DNA of 57,143 nucleotides from an uncultured Candidatus Saccharibacteria bacterium (GTDB taxonomy: Bacteria; Patescibacteriota; UBA1384; DTJR01): contig CAYYMZ010000003.1 of assembly GCA_964473025.1 (NCBI GenBank), positions 1 through 57,143 on the forward strand, written 5' to 3'. Both the position numbers and the translations under genes were made by a program. The notes under the pieces were generated by a model. It saw only the letters and a list, made by a program, of their open reading frames with translations. It searched no databases and had not been told where the DNA came from. Below are positions 51,059 through 57,143 of this stretch, in pieces (position 1 is the first letter of the stretch; every line of letters starts with the position of its first letter).

Positions 51059-51080
51059 TCCTGCCTGCCGGCAGGCAGGA
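51059..51080. repeat. 22-bp perfect palindrome upstream of the recombinase promoter region
   Basis: TCCTGCCTGCC|GGCAGGCAGGA. Confidence 0.85.
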
Positions 51081-51182
51081 GAAACTTGTTTTTATCGCCT
51101 TCGGAGATGTACAAAAAATCGGAACAATAAACTCATTGCTCCCAATGCTTTTAATTTGGAGTTTATCCCGACTGCTGTCGGG

Positions 51183-51364
51183 GAACCATCAACTTTTCAA
51201 CAAAAGAATTGAATGGAAGTTAAAAACCCCTTATGCCATTTTGCGAAAATACAAGAAGGAAATTAGCGAAGAGACGGCGACTGGAGTTTATCCCGCCACA
51301 GGCGGGAGTCGCCGAAGCGGAGCGTTCAATATTATAAAAAAAAGACCAAAGTTTTGAATGGTCG
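51183..51364. repeat. IR1-R, 182-bp arm
   Basis: Reverse complement of 49431-49611. Similarity resumes further inward (51113-51125 versus 49612-49624) after a 57-nt insertion at 51126-51182. Confidence 0.9.
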
Positions 51365-51580
51365 AATTTACTAAACGAAGTTCGAACTTATTTCGAAAAC
51401 GAAAGCAAATAAATTGTAGCGTATTTGCTCCTTGATTTCCAGAGTATATGCTAAATACTAATGTCTGCGCTCGCCCCGAATTTTTCGGGGCTCGCTTGGC
51501 AAATTTTTTGTGCGGCCGTGGAGGGGTGTGGGGAGGAAACGGCCGCGCTGGTTTGGAAAATAATTATGGGGAGGAAGAAA
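51361..51580. repeat. IR2-L, 220-bp arm (partner 53823-54042, inverted)
   Basis: Identical by eye. Contains the palindrome AAGTTCGAACTT, the hairpins GCCCCGAA-TTT-TTCGGGGC and GCGGCCG...CGGCCGC, and a G-run loop. Confidence 0.9.
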
Positions 51581-51646
51581 CTTTCTTGGAAAAGATTGTT
51601 GTGCTAATATAAATTTGTTATTGAGTAATTAATCAAGAGCTAAATT

Positions 51647-52759
51647 ATGGAACCGACAGAAGAAGATAAACTAAAGGATGTCTCGGATAAAGACAGAGAG
51701 ATGATGGAAGTGCCGGAGTCGGCTCATTCTGATAATTTAGGCGCATTTGAGACCGTTGAATTACCCGATATCCCCGAAGAAGTTCAAAAGGTTATCACAG
51801 CTAAAAGAGAAGAGTTAATGAGCCAAAACCCTTGGCTTATGAGGTTTATGAGCTTGGATGAATTCAGAGAGATGATGTCAGCTGGAAAACTTGTGCGAAA
51901 AAGTGAAGCCATTCTTCTGGACACTCCAGGCGATTTATTTTTTCACGTCAGGAGGGGCGGGTACAACAGGGAGCATTACCCTCATAAACATGGGAGTATT
52001 CCCAAGGGCTTGATATGGTCCGATTTATCAGCCCATTTTACGGACATGAGAGATTATACCCCCTATGCATCGGAAGCGCAGGTAAATCACCTGACAAGAT
52101 ATAAAAAAATATATGACAGCTTACCAAAAGAAACTGAAGAAAGACGGGGAAAGGCTAGAAGTATTTTTATTCAAGAACTTAAGAAGCATATTTTAGAGCG
52201 TGGAATGAACATAGACGCACATGAAAACGAAGGGCTTAATGAAGATTACCTCGTGACTGATGAACAGATCGCAGAAGCGAAGGAACAACATTTCAAACAT
52301 GCCAGCGCAGAAGACAGAGAAAAGCTACTTTCTATTTTGGAAAAAAGCGATAGTGATATTTCCGATGACGAAATCCGGCTGATGCTAACCTATGCGCGAC
52401 CTAGTTACACATGGGATCAGATGCATTCTTACGAATTGATAGCGCTGTTTTCAAGTAAAACACCTTGTGAAAAACATGGTTGGAGTAATATGGGAGGAGA
52501 TAGACAATGGCGGGATTTACCCGAGGGAACTCCTGCCCGCGAGCTTATTGGCGTCATTCTAATGATTAGTAACAAGATTTATCTGCAAGAAGTTGAGAAA
52601 GCTATGCTTTCAGAAAGCGAACAGGACCCTGGAGTCGCCTACCCGATAATCGGACTTGACGGTAAAGAAGTTTTTCCAGAACAAGGAATTGATATCACTC
52701 CCGATCTCCATCTCAGCGAGAGTGTAATTCGATACAAACAAACCGGGAAATTTGCTTAG
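51647..52759 (+). CDS. Hypothetical acidic protein A (370 aa), island cargo
   Basis: Long ORF with no recognised domain and no signal peptide. The N-terminus MEPTEEDKLKDVSDKDREMMEVPES is shared with the next ORF. Confidence 0.7.
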   Translation: MEPTEEDKLKDVSDKDREMMEVPESAHSDNLGAFETVELPDIPEEVQKVITAKREELMSQNPWLMRFMSLDEFREMMSAGKLVRKSEAILLDTPGDLFFHVRRGGYNREHYPHKHGSIPKGLIWSDLSAHFTDMRDYTPYASEAQVNHLTRYKKIYDSLPKETEERRGKARSIFIQELKKHILERGMNIDAHENEGLNEDYLVTDEQIAEAKEQHFKHASAEDREKLLSILEKSDSDISDDEIRLMLTYARPSYTWDQMHSYELIALFSSKTPCEKHGWSNMGGDRQWRDLPEGTPARELIGVILMISNKIYLQEVEKAMLSESEQDPGVAYPIIGLDGKEVFPEQGIDITPDLHLSESVIRYKQTGKFA

Positions 52760-52808
52760 ACAAAATAACTACGATAATAAGGATTTAAGTTTATCAAGGA
52801 TTAAATAT

Positions 52809-53693
52809 ATGGAACCAACCGAGGAAAGCCAATACAGCGGTGCTTCAAGGAAAGATCAGGATATGATGCAGGTGCCAAGCGGTCCTGTTCTTGATGAACC
52901 AGAAGCTCCCATTTTTGACGAACCAACACGTGCACAAATGAAAAAAACCTTAAATAGATGGATGAAATCGAACGATGAAGATACTGAAGAACGACCAATT
53001 GCAAAAAAGGAGTATGTTGATCAAGTTGAGACCATTTATAATGGTTTCTTGCAAAAACCCGGGGTAGAGATTCCACCTCGAAACTTTCTCGCAAATGCAA
53101 AGAATTTGTATTTGCTCAATCAATATCTGGCAGAAACTAGGACATCTGATGATGGACTTATTATTGATTATGATTTGGGCGCTCGAATATATGCGGACAT
53201 TGCTTTTGTAGATAAGGATATATCAGATGAAGAAACTGAATATTGGAGAGATTACCTACTCGATTCCATGCCCTATTACCAGAATCCTGAATTTATGAGT
53301 GAAGATCCCCAAAAAATTTTCCTTGAAGGATACCCGCGTCGAGAAAACCTAGTGAGGGCCGTAACCGCGGCAATGGCGAGATTGGCCGAATATCGACATG
53401 TTGGTAGGAATGTTTACTCTATAGACCATCCAGCCTGCGCAAACAATCGGTTGTATGTGGCTGCAATAAAGAAAGAGTTCGGTGTTGACGATATCGATTA
53501 TCGCCATCTTAGTGATTCTGTAGATAACCCAAGCTTTACCATGCAGCGAAAATTATGGAAGATTCTAGAGCTTTCCGGATTAAGCGATGCTGAAGCATTA
53601 CAGGCTTTTAAAGAAAGTGAAAATCGGATAAGAAAGGATCTTGAAGAGGATCGAAAATCCCAGTTTGAGGAAGGTGGCAATATTGAAAATTAG
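52809..53693 (+). CDS. Hypothetical acidic protein B (294 aa), island cargo
   Basis: The start was set at ATG 52809 (MEPTEESQYSGASRKDQDMMQVPSG), by analogy with ORF A and a similar upstream context. No domain was recognised. Confidence 0.7.
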   Translation: MEPTEESQYSGASRKDQDMMQVPSGPVLDEPEAPIFDEPTRAQMKKTLNRWMKSNDEDTEERPIAKKEYVDQVETIYNGFLQKPGVEIPPRNFLANAKNLYLLNQYLAETRTSDDGLIIDYDLGARIYADIAFVDKDISDEETEYWRDYLLDSMPYYQNPEFMSEDPQKIFLEGYPRRENLVRAVTAAMARLAEYRHVGRNVYSIDHPACANNRLYVAAIKKEFGVDDIDYRHLSDSVDNPSFTMQRKLWKILELSGLSDAEALQAFKESENRIRKDLEEDRKSQFEEGGNIEN

Positions 53694-53822
53694 AAATAAG
53701 ACAGAAATTTCAATGACGACATTTGACACTAAAAATATCAGGGTCTTTTAATTAATGTTTGACCTTAGACTACATAATGAATTCACAATGGAGATTTGGG
53801 CGAAGTTACATTAAAAATCGAT

Positions 53823-54042
53823 TTTCTTCCTCCCCATAATTATTTTCCAAACCAGCGCGGCCGTTTCCTCCCCACACCCCTCCACGGCCGCACAAAAAAT
53901 TTGCCAAGCGAGCCCCGAAAAATTCGGGGCGAGCGCAGACATTAGTATTTAGCATATACTCTGGAAATCAAGGAGCAAATACGCTACAATTTATTTGCTT
54001 TCGTTTTCGAAATAAGTTCGAACTTCGTTTAGTAAATTCGAC
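53823..54042. repeat. IR2-R, 220-bp arm
   Basis: Reverse complement of 51361-51580. Ends in ...AAATTCGAC, followed by CA ACACAAAG. Confidence 0.9.
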
Positions 54043-54079
54043 CAACACAAAGACGATGTAATTAAATCCAAAAACAAAA

Positions 54080-54097
54080 ACGGCCCTCTGTGGCCGT
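54080..54097 (-). terminator. Terminator of the surface-protein gene
   Basis: ACGGCC-CTCTGT-GGCCGT, followed on the minus strand by TTTTTGTTTTTGG. Confidence 0.7.
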
Positions 54098-54129
54098 AAA
54101 TTATTATCGTAATGCGTTTGTTAAAAAAA

Positions 54130-57100
54130 TTATCCCTTTTTAAGTTCTAGTTTGATTTTGCTCAAATCCCCAAGTCCAGTGATTCTGATTTTATCCGACC
54201 GGCTAGATTTATATCCTAAGCGCGTGGCGTCAAAGTAATAGGTTCCTGGTTGAATATTAACCATGAACTTTCCGTCATCACTTGAAATGACGGTGGCCTT
54301 GACGTGTCCCGCTGAGTCTAGTGCGCGGACAATGGCCAACCCCAGAGGGCTACCAGAACTGTCTTTAACCGTTCCATAGGTTCTTGGTTTAACAAGGAGA
54401 CGTATTTCGACCACCCAGAGGGCAATGTAAATCGCCAAAAAGACAAAATTAAGAGTGTTGGGTTTGATAAAGACAAGATAAACGGTCAACGATGTGCCGA
54501 TAATCATAATCGGTAAGCGCACGTAGCTTAAGAATCTCTGTACGGAGAGTGCCATCGAAGCAATGGCAAGGTCTGTAGTTGATAGCTTGGTTTGGTCTAA
54601 CGGGATCGATAAATTAACCGGTGCACGGGAAGTTCCCTTTATTTGATCCGTTTTGATCTCAATTTCTTTACCATGATAAACATTCTTATATTGTTCGTCG
54701 GACGCTCCCGGCATAATATTGGACGGGAAAATATATCCCTTTTTCGCCGCTACAATCTTATATTTTCCGGCCGAAACAAGAAAACCAAATGTACCGCTTT
54801 CAGAGCTAAATTGGGTTTCGCGCACCCTTCCGTCGGAGCTTAAGATCTGTATTCTTACGTGCGAAATCGGCCGTTTGGTAACCGAGTCATATACTACTCC
54901 CCACTTTGATCTTTTTACTCGCGCGCCAAGAAACGCCGCCGGGTAACGGAAAAATTCGGCAATTCTTGTTATATAGGTTGCCACCGAAACAACAGCGGGA
55001 AAAGAAGAAGAAATCGCTATTGCAGCCAAAGTTGCGGCAGCAACTGCAGCTGTTATAGGCGCGGCCGCGCGCGATTCGGCCGCTTCGCGCGCTGCTAAAA
55101 CCGCGTTATCAATAACTGTTGCGATAGCTGAGCCAATTCCGCTTCCACCCTTCATTTCAACCTGGGCAGAGGATCTAAGTAGACCGTTGCAAGCAGAGAA
55201 AGCCAATCCTTCGCCGAACGACCCAGCGGTATTACCACCTACGATCCTGATTTGCAGCGAATCGTTGTTTTCGCTCTGCAGTCCGCCAATACCCGGATCT
55301 ACTTTCCAGAATGAACCGTTATAATCAGGGGTAATTTTGAAATTAGCTACTGAATTACGGGCAATAGAATTACCGTTTGCATCCTTGAAAATTATCCCAA
55401 GAGTTTGTATCTGGCCAGGATTGACAGAAACTTCGGCCGGGTCAATCACAACCCCGGTAATATTTTCAAGGTTGCAAGCAGAAACTGGGGTCGGCGTTGG
55501 ACTATCGGTTTTAGGCACAATCGGAGTCGGGCTGTCGGGCACAATCGGTGTTGAACTGTCGTCTGGTACTGTCGGCGTTGGCGTATCACAATTGTCACTG
55601 GATGAAATATTCCAACTCTGATTTGAGCCCGAATCAGTTGAATTTGTGGCACAAAATGCTACTCCCGAATTTGTCGATGAAGAAACGTCCAGGTAATCGG
55701 CTTTTGAGACAGAGCTTGGATTGAAAATCCAATTTGAGCCACCGGTCGATCTTAGATTAATTAGGTTGCCTGCAGAACCGGCAATATTAATTTTATTAAA
55801 ATTGTAAGTCGAGCCGGAATTAAATTTCAGGGTTGATGGTGCAGAAGTGTCGGTAAATGTCCCGTTTGCTGTCGTGTTTCCCAGGAAGGTGTATGTCTTG
55901 TTGGGGTGGACTAGGATTAAATTATAATATGTCGCTGCTGTCACGTTAGTAGCGCTGGAACCGGTATATTTTATAGTTGATGTGGATGCTCTAAGCTTCC
56001 CCCCATTAACCAATGACAATGGAGTTCCCGATCCAGCAAGAGTAACTGTTCTGTTAGAAGCATCAAAGGTCGACTTGCCTTGATCAACTATTATTTGAGA
56101 ATTAACAGTAAAATCACCAGCTGCGGTAAAGGTCTTGGCAGCCCCGCCGCCATCATTCATTTTTAAATTATAATAAGTCGTTGGAGCAATATTCACCGAT
56201 GTTCCGCCCCAATAAAAGACAGTGGAAGTTGCTGCTTCAAAGGTGCCATTGATTACAAATGACGTACCCGATCCGTTGATAACAATTAATTTATTTGAAC
56301 CGTTTAAGGTTCCTGCATTAACAGTCAATTTATTAATTGCCCAAATCGCATTTCCCACCGTGAAAGTAGTCCCAGTATGATCGATAATGAGATTGTAATA
56401 ATGCGCCGAAGTAATATCTACATTGACCGAGCTCGTATATTTAACCGTTGAAGTTGAAGGTTCAAAATAGCTTACGCCCATAGTTGTCATACTCCCACCC
56501 AGGGTAATCGTTTTATTCGAAGCATTAAATATGGCACCAGTCTTTTCAACAAGGGAAAAAAGCTTGGAGATAGTCATATCCCCTGCCGCTGTAAAGGTAG
56601 TGCCTGAATGATCCATAGAAAGATTATAATAGGTTGTGCCTGTAATATTCGTGGCACTAGAACCAGTATATTTAATGGTAGAAGTTGCGGGCGTGAAAGT
56701 ACCGTTGATCACAAAAGGTGTAGTTGAGCCAGATAGGGTAACTGTTTTGCCCAAACCATTATAAATCGAACCTGATTCAATCGTAAAGGTAGCGGCGACC
56801 GAAAAATTAAGAAATGGGGTAAAGGTTGTACCGGACCGGTTTAGGGCCAAATTATAAAACCCGATTGCCGCGATGTCTGTTGCACTGGAACCTTGATATA
56901 TAACCGTTGAGGTTCCCGTGTCCAAGGAGCCGGTTGTGCCGACCTTCAATGGCCTTGAGCTACCCTGCCCTGAACCAGTTAACCTTAGTGTTGTATCATT
57001 CAAAACACCATATGCCCCGTCTAAAATAAATAGTTTCGGAACAGTAGACGTTATTGCTTCGGATGATGAGGGTCTCCAGGAATTGCCCGTCTTCACTATT

Positions 57101-57143
57101 AATTTTTGGTCTGCGTCGGTTTGTGTTCCGGCAACAGGTAGGG
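54130..57143 (-). CDS. Very large repeat-rich surface protein (5' end outside the window) with C-terminal TM segments and two CarboxypepD_reg-like domains
   Basis: The frame stays open upstream of the GTG at 57096 to the window edge. There are about six ~65-aa repeats (STxKYTGSSATNxxxxTYYNL...GTTFTAAGDxT...TVTLxGS). The tail has a T/P-rich linker, hydrophobic helices and V.D..G.P...V.I.......G.F....G.Y patterns. Confidence 0.8.
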   Translation of the reverse strand, partial: LPVAGTQTDADQKLIVKTGNSWRPSSSEAITSTVPKLFILDGAYGVLNDTTLRLTGSGQGSSRPLKVGTTGSLDTGTSTVIYQGSSATDIAAIGFYNLALNRSGTTFTPFLNFSVAATFTIESGSIYNGLGKTVTLSGSTTPFVINGTFTPATSTIKYTGSSATNITGTTYYNLSMDHSGTTFTAAGDMTISKLFSLVEKTGAIFNASNKTITLGGSMTTMGVSYFEPSTSTVKYTSSVNVDITSAHYYNLIIDHTGTTFTVGNAIWAINKLTVNAGTLNGSNKLIVINGSGTSFVINGTFEAATSTVFYWGGTSVNIAPTTYYNLKMNDGGGAAKTFTAAGDFTVNSQIIVDQGKSTFDASNRTVTLAGSGTPLSLVNGGKLRASTSTIKYTGSSATNVTAATYYNLILVHPNKTYTFLGNTTANGTFTDTSAPSTLKFNSGSTYNFNKINIAGSAGNLINLRSTGGSNWIFNPSSVSKADYLDVSSSTNSGVAFCATNSTDSGSNQSWNISSSDNCDTPTPTVPDDSSTPIVPDSPTPIVPKTDSPTPTPVSACNLENITGVVIDPAEVSVNPGQIQTLGIIFKDANGNSIARNSVANFKITPDYNGSFWKVDPGIGGLQSENNDSLQIRIVGGNTAGSFGEGLAFSACNGLLRSSAQVEMKGGSGIGSAIATVIDNAVLAAREAAESRAAAPITAAVAAATLAAIAISSSFPAVVSVATYITRIAEFFRYPAAFLGARVKRSKWGVVYDSVTKRPISHVRIQILSSDGRVRETQFSSESGTFGFLVSAGKYKIVAAKKGYIFPSNIMPGASDEQYKNVYHGKEIEIKTDQIKGTSRAPVNLSIPLDQTKLSTTDLAIASMALSVQRFLSYVRLPIMIIGTSLTVYLVFIKPNTLNFVFLAIYIALWVVEIRLLVKPRTYGTVKDSSGSPLGLAIVRALDSAGHVKATVISSDDGKFMVNIQPGTYYFDATRLGYKSSRSDKIRITGLGDLSKIKLELKKG

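Larger units (their letters stand above)
49431..54044. mobile_element. Putative integrated element at the tRNA-Pro 3' end, bounded by direct CGACCA hexamers and carrying a large serine recombinase and two cargo ORFs
   Basis: CGACCA occurs at 49431-49436 (tRNA end) and at 54039-54044. The recombinase lies next to the tRNA. The internal architecture is described in the findings. Confidence 0.6.

Noticed and set aside
51159-51313. CRISPR-repeat-like sequences: GGAGTTTATCCCGACTGCTGTCGGGGAAC (51159-51187) and GGAGTTTATCCCGCCACAGGCGGGAGTC (51283-51310), with the inverted copy at about 49485-49512. From memory, these resemble the type I-E repeat form GTTTATCCCCGC…GCGGGGAAC.
   Set aside because: There are only two direct copies, 124 nt apart, plus one inverted copy. 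There is no regular repeat-spacer periodicity and there are no cas genes in the window. The copies lie inside the recombinase C-terminal coding sequence and its variant copy. This is not a CRISPR array. The resemblance may be coincidental hairpin architecture, although a solo-repeat origin cannot be excluded without a search.
931-57096. Numerous ORFs in the supplied track that lie antisense to, or nested within, long well-supported genes. Examples are 1084-1398, 1946-2365, 4633-5193, 9191-9595, 10572-10952, 22453-22773, 25092-25376, 25883-26317, 26556-26930, 27174-27632, 28043-28384, 30672-31118, 49677-49976 and 55337-55621. Several track ORFs also have N-terminal over-extensions (ferredoxin, cysS, ileS, ybaB, GIY-YIG, rplL, recombinase, ORF B).
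   Set aside because: These ORFs are shadows of the coding strand, especially in the high-GC block where stop codons are rare. They have no ribosome-binding sites and no recognisable motifs. The over-extended starts overlap neighbouring genes or tRNAs, while internal ATGs have good Shine-Dalgarno sites and family-typical N-termini.
1-57143. Alternative genetic code (UGA recoding), as seen in some candidate phyla.
   Set aside because: Long housekeeping ORFs are intact under the standard code. tRNA-Trp has the standard CCA anticodon. An RF2 gene, which decodes UGA as stop, is present.

Overview
57.1-kb window from a gene-dense, AT-leaning bacterial genome. Hand counts of single 60-nt lines give about 42% GC in backbone genes. 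The gene content suggests a Patescibacteria/CPR-like monoderm using the standard genetic code: tiny DUF5679-like and GIY-YIG ORFs, sparse metabolism, giant repeat-rich surface proteins, an LPXTG protein, CCA encoded in every tRNA, and RF2 present. That taxonomic call is inference only.

Backbone genes:
- Stress, redox and metabolism: csp, a B12-binding radical SAM gene, ferredoxin, a Nudix/guanylate-kinase/thioredoxin ORF, a PfkB kinase, a 2-hydroxyacid dehydrogenase, gap, trxB.
- Secretion and ATPases: secDF and two tandem VirD4/TraG-like ATPases.
- Translation and DNA handling: tgt, rplL-rplJ-rplA, pth, ybaB, prfB, cysS, recR, topA, dprA.
- Second ribosomal block and downstream: rplK-nusG-secE-rplU, a SEDS protein, ileS, tRNA-Trp, rpmG, a Thr/Tyr/Thr tRNA cluster, holB-like, rpmB, an M50 protease, tRNA-Pro.

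Non-backbone signals worth follow-up:
1. A 4.6-kb island at the 3' end of tRNA-Pro carries a large serine recombinase. It has two abutting pairs of long, essentially perfect inverted repeats (181 bp and 220 bp). The central junction looks like an inverted attP.
2. Two complete tRNA-Thr genes each sit inside a disrupted tRNA-Thr-like shell.
3. A roughly 4-kb high-GC block (67% in one hand-counted line) encodes four secreted or wall-anchored proteins: collagen-like, LPXTG, and a 318-bp shared module.
4. A 545-nt ORF-free region is built almost entirely of perfect nested palindromes.
5. A GIY-YIG gene is bracketed by the two arms of a palindrome that also occurs empty elsewhere in the window.
6. 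Several orphan promoter/terminator-delimited or inverted-repeat-bracketed small units are present.

All coordinates and identities were read by eye. No database search or folding computation was possible.
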